Source: an uncultured Nitrospirota bacterium
GTDB taxonomy: Bacteria > CG2-30-53-67
NCBI GenBank assembly: GCA_947259355.1
Contig: CAMYMF010000010.1
Span: 68,356 to 130,296, forward strand
Length of the DNA: 61,941 nucleotides
Direction: 5' to 3'
Shown here piece by piece: positions 10,564 through 20,107 of this stretch. Each line of letters starts with the position of its first letter. Position 1 is the stretch's first letter. A model generated the notes under the pieces. It worked only from the letters and a program-made list of their open reading frames with translations. It had not been told where the DNA came from and made no database searches. Position numbers and translations under genes: made by a program.

Positions 10564-10661
10564 GGCAAATTGGATGTGAAGGGGTCATGAGATGTCTGGA
10601 CACTTTATGGCGCATTGAATGACGGGACTTCCTGAATCCTTGACGCCTTGACCCATTTGCC
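10564..10661. repeat. degenerate inverted repeat with 8-bp units (CCTGAATC/CTTGACGC/CTTGACCC)
   Basis: Left arm GGCAAATTGGATGTGAAGGGGTCATGAGATGTCTGGA aligns loosely with the reverse complement of the right arm, GGCAAATGGGTCAAGGCGTCAAGGATTCAGGA. Confidence 0.45.
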
Positions 10662-10850
10662 TTATCTTTGATCTGCAATCCTTGACTTGTTTCTTCCGCT
10701 TTACCTTTCTTTCCGTTTCGGGCATACTGCGGTCCATAAGATGGGATGGCAGTGCTCGAGCTGCACGGGGCAGAGAAATGGAGACAGATGCCGCCGGATC
10801 GCGAAGTGATGGCGGTAGTTTCATATCAGGAATCGGGAGACGGAGGTGAC

Positions 10851-11288
10851 ATGAAACCGGATGCCCTGGTGATGCCGGAACCGAAGATCATTATTTATTC
10901 GGTGGGCATCGGCATTCTTCTCACGGCCCTCCTGCTAGGGGCTTTTGTCCTGTTGAAACCCCGGGGACACTGGGTCTCTCTGGGGAGAGCGCGACGACGC
11001 TTGCTCGCCGTGTCGCTCATTGCGTGCTGTTTCTTCTTGACAGCCTATTTGCCGCTGTTGGCCCTGAAGCTCCTGGCCGGTGAGTCCCGGGATGCCATTA
11101 CAGCGCTCTTGGTTTTGTTCGGTCTCGCAGCGGCGGTGGTGATGACGGAACTACTCCGCGCGGTTTTAGCCGGGGCTGCTGCCTGGACCGGAAGGAGACA
11201 TCTTCTCATCGTCATGATTGCGTGGAGTGGATTTGCGGCCCTTGCAGTGCTGCTGATCCGTCTGGGATCATGGGGGGGAACTCGCTGA
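10851..11288 (+). CDS. hypothetical 4-TM membrane protein
   Basis: GGAGG RBS before ATG 10851; four hydrophobic segments. Confidence 0.65.
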   Translation: MKPDALVMPEPKIIIYSVGIGILLTALLLGAFVLLKPRGHWVSLGRARRRLLAVSLIACCFFLTAYLPLLALKLLAGESRDAITALLVLFGLAAAVVMTELLRAVLAGAAAWTGRRHLLIVMIAWSGFAALAVLLIRLGSWGGTR

Positions 11289-11347
11289 GGCATGGGGATG
11301 TCGCAGAACAGGTGCCCTCAGGCAAGAGACAGCGGAGTCGATAGGGT

Positions 11348-11764
11348 ATGGGATCTTTTCTGCTCGGGTTGCTCTTAGGGGTCATGGGGGCCTGGCTCAT
11401 CGCGGTGCGCGTATTCGGCAGACCCTCGTCAGATCAGCAGGATCTCCACGATAAACTGCACCCGGAGGTCCGCCGAATCCTGTCGGCCGATGCGCGCCGT
11501 CACCTGACCGTGTCCGATATACGGGAACTGCTCGGGGCGGCGGAAAATGCACCCGGCGGAAGCCCCCTGCACCGGATCTGCCCTCAGTGCGGCAGCGACA
11601 GACTCTACCACGGCAAGGACTATGCCGTGGAGTTTACGATGGGATCAGACGGCAAACCGCGCCCCGCGGCATTGTCCCATGAAACCATCGAGTGTGAAGA
11701 TTGCAATTGGAAAATTACAGCGTCCGCTGAGACCGACGCGGAAGAATCGCAAGGTCCGGGCTAG
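11348..11764 (+). CDS. hypothetical protein with N-terminal TM and C-terminal zinc-ribbon-like motif
   Basis: Hydrophobic N-terminus; CPQC...CEDC. Confidence 0.65.
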   Translation: MGSFLLGLLLGVMGAWLIAVRVFGRPSSDQQDLHDKLHPEVRRILSADARRHLTVSDIRELLGAAENAPGGSPLHRICPQCGSDRLYHGKDYAVEFTMGSDGKPRPAALSHETIECEDCNWKITASAETDAEESQGPG

Positions 11765-11894
11765 CTGACCGCCCTGCCTACGGGTGAGCCGCTGGAACCG
11801 AACGGTCCAACGGGTTCGAATTGATTTGGTCGGAAGGCCTGCGCCGAGGAGACGGCAGACAGTCCCGGCCCCATGCCAGGAGAACCGAAGAGCA

Positions 11895-12341
11895 ATGAGA
11901 CGCGTGAGTTCCATTCAGGAAGCCAAACCAGTCCTGGAGTATTTCAAGGGCTTTCATGACGGGTTTGTTCGTCGATTTGCGGTTCTGGCCGATGTGTGCA
12001 ATCAGGACAAACCCCGTGCATCTAGCGGGGAAGCGGTAGATCTGGAGATCGCCATTGACTGCACCGGGCACACCATGGAAGGACACTCAGCGCAGCAGCG
12101 GGTCGTGGCCCGCTTCTACCGCGTCCGGGGCCTGAGCACACCGGTCGGCGGCCTCTCCTCCGAATTCTCCCTCGACGGACTTTCGATGACGGAGACTTTT
12201 CGCACAGCGGCGAACGGTGACCGGGAACGCTGCCTTCGCGCAGCACTCGTTCAGCCCCGCGCTGCGGAGGGTCGGGACCGAAAGAGACAGAAGGGCCTTG
12301 TTTTTACTTTCCGGTCGGCCGAGTTTACGGAGATCTTCTAG
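11895..12341 (+). CDS. hypothetical protein
   Basis: Co-oriented ORF fills the gap; AGGAG upstream; FKGFHDGFV segment. Confidence 0.5.
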   Translation: MRRVSSIQEAKPVLEYFKGFHDGFVRRFAVLADVCNQDKPRASSGEAVDLEIAIDCTGHTMEGHSAQQRVVARFYRVRGLSTPVGGLSSEFSLDGLSMTETFRTAANGDRERCLRAALVQPRAAEGRDRKRQKGLVFTFRSAEFTEIF

Positions 12342-12607
12342 CGTATGCTGAACCAGAAATCAGGACCGGCATCTAGGAACACCTCATTTGAAAACGAGTT
12401 ATTGTCTCGATGCGAGGGACCGCACAAAGGTTGACGGCGGGACGCTGGCATCGCGCGTCGAGACAGTAAGCCACGAATAACAAGGCTCGCCGGAAAAGAG
12501 CGGTTTCCCAATGGAAACAGGCTCGGACATCGCGCGCGACCATCGCTTGCGAGTTCCGATGGCCGGTACCAGACACGAGATTCTCAGGCACGCACAGGAG
12601 ACTGCCC

Positions 12608-13232
12608 ATGGCTGACAAGGACCCACGATGGGCCCGGAACGAAACGCTGCGGACCATCGCAAACCGGCGCAGCATCCGAGTCTTCAAGGATCAGCCCATC
12701 ACCGATCATGACCGCGCGGCCTTGCTCCACGCAGCCAATGCGGCCCCCTCCGCCCATAATCAGCAGTCCTGGCGGTTCATTGTGATACGGGGTGAATCAA
12801 AACGGAATCTGGTCGATCTTGTCTCGTCCCGGGCCGCGGATTTCCCGAAGCCCTCTTCTGCGCTGCTCCGCATGGCATCCCGTAGTATTGCCAGCGCCCC
12901 CCTCGCCGTGGCCGTGGCCAACACCGGTGATCTCATTGCGCACGGCACAGAGTTGTTCAAGGTCGAAAAAGATTTGGGGGCGTGAGTTCTTCCGTACCAT
13001 GGAGATTCAAAGTTCCGCAGCGGCGGTGGAAAACCTCCTGCTCGCCGCTGACTCCCTGGGACTGGCAGCGGTCTGGCTGGGGATTTTATTTCTGATCAAA
13101 GATGATGTGTTGAAGGCACTGGGAGAGCCGAAGGGGGAGTTCATGGCCATCGTCCCGGTGGGCTATCAGGCCCGGCCGAGCAGAGGACCCAAGAAGCAAC
13201 CGCTGGCGTCGATGGTCCGCTATTTGGACTGA
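12608..13232 (+). pseudogene. nitroreductase family gene split by a frameshift in a G5 run
   Basis: The first frame has RRSIRVF and APSAHNQQSWRF; the second has AAVENLLLAADSLGL and VPVGY. Removing one G from 12976-12980 gives continuous KDLGREFFRT. Confidence 0.8.
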
Positions 13233-13406
13233 TGCGCAGCGCCGGGCTGCTGTCGTCTCAAAGCTCCATTCCCCTTTCGATCCCGCCAACTTGTGGTTTC
13301 GCCGCTCCCCATGTATGGTAGGCTCACAGGACATTCCCTTACCGAACGAAGGAGGCTTTCGGGGGAGGTCCGTTCCCCCGTGGAAATCTGAAAAAGGAGG
13401 TTGGCG

Positions 13407-14408
13407 ATGAAGACCAAGACCTTCAGGGCGATGGTTGTAGAGGAACGGGAGGACAAACGCTTCGTCCGCACCATTCGGCAACGAAGGGTGGGGGATCTGC
13501 CCGAAGGCGACGTGCTCATCGAAGTCCACTATTCCTCCCTCAACTACAAGGATGCCCTCTCTGCGTCCGGCAACAAGGGCGTCACCCGCCAATACCCCCA
13601 CACGCCCGGTGTGGACGCGGCGGGAGAAGTGGTCGAAAGCACCGACACGCGATTCAAACCCGGCGCACAGGTGGTGGTAACCGGTTACGATCTCGGGATG
13701 AACACGGACGGAGGATTTGGGCAATTCATTCGGGTGCCCGCCGACTGGGTAGTGCCGCTCCCTGCGACCCTCAGCCCGCAGGAAAGCATGGTGTATGGCA
13801 CGGCGGGGTTTACCGCTGCCCTGTCGGTGTTTCGTCTACAGGAGCTGGACCTTACACCCGACAAAGGCGTGATCCTTGTCACCGGCGCGACGGGGGGCGT
13901 GGGAAGTATTGCGGTCTCCCTGCTCACCAAAGCGGAATACCGAGTGTGTGCAGCAACCGGGAAGGAGACGGAAGCCGACTATCTTCGCGATCTGGGAGCA
14001 GCCGATATCATTCCGCGCAGCGAATTGCTCGATACCAGCGGCCGGCCTATGTTGAAAGCACGCTGGGGCGGTGTGGTCGACACGGTCGGCGGCGCGGTCC
14101 TGGCCACAGCGATCAAGTCGGCCCAGCCCCATGCGGTGATCACAACCTGCGGCAATGTCGGCGGCGCGGAGCTACCGATCACGGTCTACCCCTTTATTCT
14201 GCGAGGCGTCAGCCTGCTGGGCGTTGATTCAGCCGCGTGTCCCATGGCCAAGCGGCTGCAGGTTTGGGAGAAGATATCGGGTCCGTGGAAACTGAAAAAC
14301 CTTGATCGGCTGAGCGCCGAGATTTCACTGGATGAGCTCGATGCAGATATCGACCGGATGCTGCAGGGACAGCTCACCGGCCGGAAGGTCGTCAATCTGT
14401 CAAAGTGA
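13407..14408 (+). CDS. acuI: YhdH/YhfP family quinone oxidoreductase (acryloyl-CoA reductase AcuI-like)
   Basis: YSSLNYKD, GTAGFTA, VTGATGGVGS, PFILRGVSLLGVDS. Confidence 0.85.
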   Translation: MKTKTFRAMVVEEREDKRFVRTIRQRRVGDLPEGDVLIEVHYSSLNYKDALSASGNKGVTRQYPHTPGVDAAGEVVESTDTRFKPGAQVVVTGYDLGMNTDGGFGQFIRVPADWVVPLPATLSPQESMVYGTAGFTAALSVFRLQELDLTPDKGVILVTGATGGVGSIAVSLLTKAEYRVCAATGKETEADYLRDLGAADIIPRSELLDTSGRPMLKARWGGVVDTVGGAVLATAIKSAQPHAVITTCGNVGGAELPITVYPFILRGVSLLGVDSAACPMAKRLQVWEKISGPWKLKNLDRLSAEISLDELDADIDRMLQGQLTGRKVVNLSK

Positions 14409-14493
14409 GGCAAAAGCCCGTTGGCGGGATTCCCGGCTGAAAGGGCGCGCTCTCGAAGGCGAGACATAGGGGAAAAGTCGTATAAACAAGAGG

Positions 14494-14685
14494 CTAGGAA
14501 GCCTTCTGGATCTTGCCGGAGCGGATACATCGGGTACAGACGTTCATGCGCGTGGTTTGACCGTTGACTTGTACACGGACCCGCTGAATATTCGGATAGG
14601 AAACCTTCTTGCTCTTGTTGTGCGCATGGCTGATGTTGTAACCAACCTGTCGCCCCTTACCACACACCTCGCATTTTCTTGACAT
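14494..14685 (-). CDS. rpmB: 50S ribosomal protein L28 (zinc-binding form)
   Basis: [10 protein letters not shown]...ISHAHNK...PNIQ...CTRCIRSG. Confidence 0.96.
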   Translation of the reverse strand: MSRKCEVCGKGRQVGYNISHAHNKSKKVSYPNIQRVRVQVNGQTTRMNVCTRCIRSGKIQKAS

Positions 14686-14801
14686 GGTTTTGCTCCTCAG
14701 CTATACTCGCTGGCACTCTTTTGGCCAAAACGGTCGCGAACTGTAACACAATCTTGCCCCCGTTCGCAAGAGAAAATGCCAGAGAGCGGCGAGGAGTTTT
14801 C

Positions 14802-15008
14802 ATGCCAAAGATCACGAAGGATATGCCCTTTATACAGGCCATTCAATCACACCCCAAGGCCGTCGAAGTGCTCTCCAGGTACGATATGGGTTGCGTTGGG
14901 TGCATGGGCGCAGCCGGCGAAACCATTGAGCAGGGGGCCATCGCCCACGGGGTGGACGTCGACGAGCTGGTCCGGGAGCTGAACGCGCTCTTCAAGAAGA
15001 AGAAATAG
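14802..15008 (+). CDS. DUF1858-like small protein
   Basis: ITKDM, HP...VL..Y.MGCVGC, ETIEQGA.AHGVD; GAGGAG RBS. Confidence 0.85.
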   Translation: MPKITKDMPFIQAIQSHPKAVEVLSRYDMGCVGCMGAAGETIEQGAIAHGVDVDELVRELNALFKKKK

Positions 15009-15274
15009 GCGGCGCCCTTTTTGCAGCGCCGCGTCTACGATTGGGGGGGCTGGGCAACCTGTCACAAAAGGGCGAGCCTGCAGGTTGTTCGGCGTTGCGT
15101 TGAGGGGCGTGTTGCGCCAGAGAGTTCCGCGCGGAGCGCGAGGCACCCGACTGGCCCGCACCCATTCCCGGTGTCACCCCAACTGAACATCCTCACGCAG
15201 CAACGGTTCCTCGGAACAGGCGCAGGCAGAAATCCCGCACAACGCCCTGTCAATCCCGTCACGGCTCTTGCGGT

Positions 15275-17662
15275 ATGAAGCAATGTGAATCGATCCTGAA
15301 TGAGATACATCAAGCCGTCTCGCAGCCGCTCTCGCGGGGCACCCATGCGGCCCTGCCCGAACCGAAAAGGCTGACGACCCAGCTTGCCGCGTGTCTGCGT
15401 GAGACACCGGATCCGGAAACGTCCCGGATGGTCAAATGGCTGCAGGAGAAAGTCGAAACCCTGCGGCGACTCCCACCCCCTGAGCAGACACAGTGCTATC
15501 GAGAGATACAGACAGAGCTTGGGCGGTTTCTTGCGAAAGGGCTGCCTGCGAAACCGACCGTGCGGGCTGCGCCACCATCCGTGCGCTACGTCAAGGGCGT
15601 GGGAGAGCGCATGGCGGCCCTGCTGGCCAAGCTCAACCTTCGGACCACGGATGACCTTCTGGTCTTCTTCCCCCATCGCTACGAAGACCGGAAGAATCTG
15701 GTGCCCATTGCCCAGCTGGCGCAGGATACCACGGCGACGGTCCACGGCGTTGTGCGCAGTGTCGACCTGCAGACCACGCCCCGCAAGCGTTTCCGAATCC
15801 TCCATGTTCTCGTGGAAGACCGGACGGGAACGGTCATGGTCAAGTGGTTCAATCAAGCCTATCTCAAGAAGGTGTTCCAGCCGGGGCAAGAGGTCATTCT
15901 CAGCGGCAAAATAGGCCGCGATCCCTACAGCGTCTCTCTGGAGATGGAAAACCCCGAATTCGAGATCCTCGGCGACACCGGCGAGGAGACCATCCACACG
16001 AACCGGATCGTCCCCATTTACCACACCACAGCGGGTCTCACCCAGCGGCGCATCCGAAACATCATGTTTCATTTCATCGAATCGACTGAGACGGTGCCGG
16101 AGATCTTCCCGGAGGACCTGCTCGTGAAGTACCACCTCCCCGGCCGCGCCGAGAGCCTGAAAAACCTTCACTTTCCCGAATCCCACGTCCCCGTGGAGAA
16201 ACTGAACAACCGGCGGAGTAGATATCACAAGCGGATGATCTTCGAGGAGTTCTTTCTCCTGGAGCTGGTCCTCGCCCTGAACCAGCAGGGACGACGGCGG
16301 CGGGGGCGGGGGATTTCCTTTCAGGTCAACGGGGATGCCGCGCGCACGCTGATGGCGGGTCTCCCCTTCCCCCTGACCGGGTCACAAAAGCGGGTCATCG
16401 GGGAGATCCAGCGCGACATGGGCCGCCCCGTGCAGATGAGCCGCCTGCTCCAGGGAGACGTGGGGTGCGGCAAGACCGTGGTCGCCGCAATGGCCGCGGC
16501 CATCGCGTTGGACAACGGATACCAGGTCGCCGTCATGGCCCCCACAGAGATCCTCTCGGAGCAGCTCTATTTCAGTTTCAAAGGCCTCTTTCAGGCCTTG
16601 GGGCGCAAGACGGCCCTGCTCTCCCGGTCGGTCAAAGGCCGGGAAAAAGAGACGCTCCGGGAGAAGATTGAAACAGGCGACATTCATGCGGTCGTCGGCA
16701 CCCAGGCACTGATCCAGGAAGAGGTCAACTTTCGGAAGCTGGGACTTGTCATCATCGATGAGCAGCACCGTTTCGGCGTCATCCAGCGGGCGACGCTGAT
16801 CGGCAAAGGTGTTTCTCCCGATCTCCTCGTGATGACGGCCACCCCTATCCCCCGGTCCCTGTCGCTGACCGTCTACGGAGATCTCGATATTTCGGTTATC
16901 GATGAGATGCCGCCGGGCCGTTCCCCCGTGGAGACGCACATTGTCAGGGCACGGAACAAGCCGCAACTATACCGCCGTATCGCAGCGGAGGTCGCAAAAG
17001 GCCGGCAAGCCTATATCGTCTACCCCTTGGTGGAGGAGACGGAGAAGAGCGATCTGGCGGCCGCCACCGAGATGTCTGGCCACCTCGCCGAAACGGTCTT
17101 TCCACAGCACCCCGTGGGGCTCATGCACGGCCGGATGAGCAGCGAAGAGAAAGAGCGGGTCATGGGGGCCTTCAAGAAAGGCGAAATCAAGATCCTGGTC
17201 TCTACCACGGTCGTTGAAGTCGGCATCGACGTCCCCAATGCCACCGTCATGGTCATCGAGCACGCCGAACGGTTTGGCCTCGCCCAACTGCACCAGCTGC
17301 GCGGGCGGGTGGGCCGCGGCCCGCACCCCTCGACCTGCTATCTCCTCTTAGCGGGCCGCATGACGGAGGAGGCGAAACGGCGCATCTCCATCATGGAAGA
17401 GACCACCGACGGATTTCGAATCGCCGAAGAGGATCTCGCTATTCGGGGACCGGGGGAATTCTTCGGCAGGAAACAGTCGGGGCTCCCCGATCTCGTGCTG
17501 GCAAATATCCTGCGCGACGCTCCGATCCTCGAAGTGGCCCGAGAGGAAGCGTTCAGCCGTATCCGGCAGGATCCCGCCCTTTCGGCGCCGAAACACGCCC
17601 GGCTCCTCGCCGAGATTCGCCGGCGCTTCACCGGCAAATTCAGCCTCATCCGTGTCGGATGA
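15275..17662 (+). CDS. recG: ATP-dependent DNA helicase RecG
   Basis: LLQGDVGCGKT, MAPTEIL, DEQHRFGV, MTATPIPR, AERFGLAQLHQLRGRVGRG; about 95-aa N-terminal extension. Confidence 0.96.
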   Translation: MKQCESILNEIHQAVSQPLSRGTHAALPEPKRLTTQLAACLRETPDPETSRMVKWLQEKVETLRRLPPPEQTQCYREIQTELGRFLAKGLPAKPTVRAAPPSVRYVKGVGERMAALLAKLNLRTTDDLLVFFPHRYEDRKNLVPIAQLAQDTTATVHGVVRSVDLQTTPRKRFRILHVLVEDRTGTVMVKWFNQAYLKKVFQPGQEVILSGKIGRDPYSVSLEMENPEFEILGDTGEETIHTNRIVPIYHTTAGLTQRRIRNIMFHFIESTETVPEIFPEDLLVKYHLPGRAESLKNLHFPESHVPVEKLNNRRSRYHKRMIFEEFFLLELVLALNQQGRRRRGRGISFQVNGDAARTLMAGLPFPLTGSQKRVIGEIQRDMGRPVQMSRLLQGDVGCGKTVVAAMAAAIALDNGYQVAVMAPTEILSEQLYFSFKGLFQALGRKTALLSRSVKGREKETLREKIETGDIHAVVGTQALIQEEVNFRKLGLVIIDEQHRFGVIQRATLIGKGVSPDLLVMTATPIPRSLSLTVYGDLDISVIDEMPPGRSPVETHIVRARNKPQLYRRIAAEVAKGRQAYIVYPLVEETEKSDLAAATEMSGHLAETVFPQHPVGLMHGRMSSEEKERVMGAFKKGEIKILVSTTVVEVGIDVPNATVMVIEHAERFGLAQLHQLRGRVGRGPHPSTCYLLLAGRMTEEAKRRISIMEETTDGFRIAEEDLAIRGPGEFFGRKQSGLPDLVLANILRDAPILEVAREEAFSRIRQDPALSAPKHARLLAEIRRRFTGKFSLIRVG

Positions 17663-17879
17663 AACGAGACGCTCCCCAAGGGCCCGAATCGGCGCCGGGC
17701 TTTTGCCTTGATGTCTAGGCCCATTCATACTATATAAGGAGGATGCACGGCCCCTCCACCCGTGGATGCACTGGGGCGAGCGGGTTCGAGAGGCACCGAC
17801 AACGAGCACAGATAACTGGATAGACAGGATCCGTTCGCACGCGGGCGCCAGGCGCCCGTGTACGGCCGAAAAGAGCAAG

Positions 17880-20078
17880 ATGAACCAGAAAAATTTGCAG
17901 AAGCCAGGAGACACGGACGAAACGTTCACACTGGAGGAGCGCTTTGATCAGGTCGTGAGCGGCGTCCTGCAGAACCATCCCGACATGGATCCCACCAGGA
18001 TTCGCCGGGCCTTTCATTATCTTCAGGACTGCCTCACGAACGAATCCGCACAGGTCCGTTCGCGTCTCGCGAACGTCGCGCTGGAACGGGCGGAGATTCT
18101 CGAGCGGCTCAATACCGATGAGGAGACACTCATTGCAACCCTGCTGCACGATCTCCTTTCACGGGAGTGCAGCACGGAGGAAGACATCGCCGCCCAGTTC
18201 GGCGAACAAGTTCTCAAGCTGATCCAGGGCGTCTCCCGAACCGGCAAGATGAAGTACCGAAGCCGGATGGAGGAGCAGGCGGAGAACTTCCGCATGATGA
18301 TTCTGGCCATGGCGCGGGACCTGCGTGTGGTGCTGCTCAATCTGGTCAATCGCCTCCAGGTCATGCGGAACATCCAGGAGCTGGATGACGAGAAACAGGA
18401 GGAGATCGCGCGGGAGACCTTAGAGATCTACGCCCCCTTGGCCAACCGGCTCGGAATTGCGCGCATCAAATGGGAACTGGAAGACCGCTGCATGCGGGTG
18501 CTGCACCCCGCCATGTACCGGGATCTCGAGCAGCGGGTTCCTCAAAACCGCGAAGAGCGCCGGGCCTACATCAATGAAATCATCGACATCCTCATGAAGG
18601 AACTGGCGGACCATGGGATCCCGGGGCGTGTGGTAGGCCGGCCGAAGCATTTCTACAGTATCTATCAGAAAATCGTCAAACGGGGCGTCTCTTTCGAAGA
18701 CATCTTCGATCTCATTGCCCTTCGGGTCATCACCGACACACCGGCCCATTGTTACGCCATTCTGGGAATCGTCCACTCCAAATGGCGCCCCGTGCCGGGG
18801 CGGTTCAAGGACTACATCGGCGTGCCCAAGCCCAACATGTATCAGTCCTTACACACAGCCGTCATCGGTCCCAAGGGGCAGAAGGTGGAATTGCAAATTC
18901 GCACGGAAGAGATGCACCGCATTGCCGAGCAAGGAATTGCAGCACACTGGACGTACAAAGAGGGCAAGCGGATTGCCCCCTCGCTGCAGCAGAAATTCGC
19001 ATGGCTGCGTCAGCTCCTAGAATGGCAGAAGGAGGTCAAAAGTCCCCGGGAGTTCATGGAGAGCGTCAAGACCGACCTCTTCGAAGAATCGGTTTATGTC
19101 TTCACGCCGAATGGCGAAGTCAAGGAGCTGCCTGCGGGTTCCACACCGCTTGACTTCGCCTACAGCATCCACTCGGACGTGGGCAATCACTGCACGGGTG
19201 CCAAAGTCAACAACCGGATGGTCTCCCTGAAGGCCAAGCTCAAAACCGGAGACACCGTTCAGATACTGACGGCCAAGAACCAGACGCCCAACAAGGACTG
19301 GCTCAAACTGGTCCGTTCCACCAAAGCCCGGAACCGGATTCGGCACTTTCTCAAACAGGAAGAGGAAACGCGGTCTCTCTCTCTGGGCCAGGAGATTTTG
19401 GAAAAGGAGGCCCGCAAGCACGGCCTCTCCCTGACGAAACTTCTCAAGTCCGATGAGATGCAGATGACCGTGGGGGAGCTTGGCTTCCAGAAGACGGAGA
19501 AAATGATCGCGGCCGTGGGGTTCGGCCACGTTTCGGCCCGGCAGGTTCTCGGCCGTTTCATCCCCCACGAAGAGACCGTAGAGACCCCCGTCCCCGCCAA
19601 GCTGCGCAAACCGGCCAAGAAGGCCAAGGATGGGATAAGGATCCGAGGCGTCGAGGATATCCTGGTCCGTTTCTCCCGCTGCTGCAACCCGCTGCCCGGT
19701 GACGACATTATCGGGCTCATTACGCGGGGTCGCGGGGTTTCGATTCACACGGCGGACTGCACGAACATACGCCATGGTGCGCAGAACCCAGACCGGCTGA
19801 TTGACGCGGAGTGGGATGTGACCGAGGAGCGGATCCGGCCTGTGGTGATTTCGGTGATCACCACCAACAAGCCGGGCATTTTGGCCAGTATCAGCGAGAA
19901 GATCTCTGCGGAAAGTATCAACATCAGCAGTGCCGATGTGCGCACCCGAAAGAAGGACGGCAAATCGATCTGCCGGTTCGAACTGGAAATCAAGAGCAAG
20001 CAGGACCTTGACCGGATCCTGCGGGCCATCGCCCAGATCCATGAAGTCATCGAAGTCAAACGGGTGATGGGACTTTAA
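17880..20078 (+). CDS. rel: long RelA/SpoT homolog, (p)ppGpp synthetase with degenerate hydrolase domain
   Basis: GRPKHFYSI, RFKDY, YQSLHT, ELQIRT, TGS (DFAYSIH), CCNPLPGD, C-terminal ACT domain. Confidence 0.93.
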   Translation: MNQKNLQKPGDTDETFTLEERFDQVVSGVLQNHPDMDPTRIRRAFHYLQDCLTNESAQVRSRLANVALERAEILERLNTDEETLIATLLHDLLSRECSTEEDIAAQFGEQVLKLIQGVSRTGKMKYRSRMEEQAENFRMMILAMARDLRVVLLNLVNRLQVMRNIQELDDEKQEEIARETLEIYAPLANRLGIARIKWELEDRCMRVLHPAMYRDLEQRVPQNREERRAYINEIIDILMKELADHGIPGRVVGRPKHFYSIYQKIVKRGVSFEDIFDLIALRVITDTPAHCYAILGIVHSKWRPVPGRFKDYIGVPKPNMYQSLHTAVIGPKGQKVELQIRTEEMHRIAEQGIAAHWTYKEGKRIAPSLQQKFAWLRQLLEWQKEVKSPREFMESVKTDLFEESVYVFTPNGEVKELPAGSTPLDFAYSIHSDVGNHCTGAKVNNRMVSLKAKLKTGDTVQILTAKNQTPNKDWLKLVRSTKARNRIRHFLKQEEETRSLSLGQEILEKEARKHGLSLTKLLKSDEMQMTVGELGFQKTEKMIAAVGFGHVSARQVLGRFIPHEETVETPVPAKLRKPAKKAKDGIRIRGVEDILVRFSRCCNPLPGDDIIGLITRGRGVSIHTADCTNIRHGAQNPDRLIDAEWDVTEERIRPVVISVITTNKPGILASISEKISAESINISSADVRTRKKDGKSICRFELEIKSKQDLDRILRAIAQIHEVIEVKRVMGL

Positions 20079-20107
20079 CCCGCGGCCCCCCTGGAACGAG
20101 CGGGACG

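Noticed and set aside
10851-12341. Integron cassette array
   Set aside because: No attC-like RYYYAAC...GTTRRRY sites between the genes and no integrase.
12983-12985. TGA as a selenocysteine codon in the nitroreductase
   Set aside because: The protein continues in a different frame, so a frameshift explains it.
15010-15270. Several hairpins between the DUF1858 gene and recG
   Set aside because: GC-rich stems without a recognisable motif or second copy; insufficient support.
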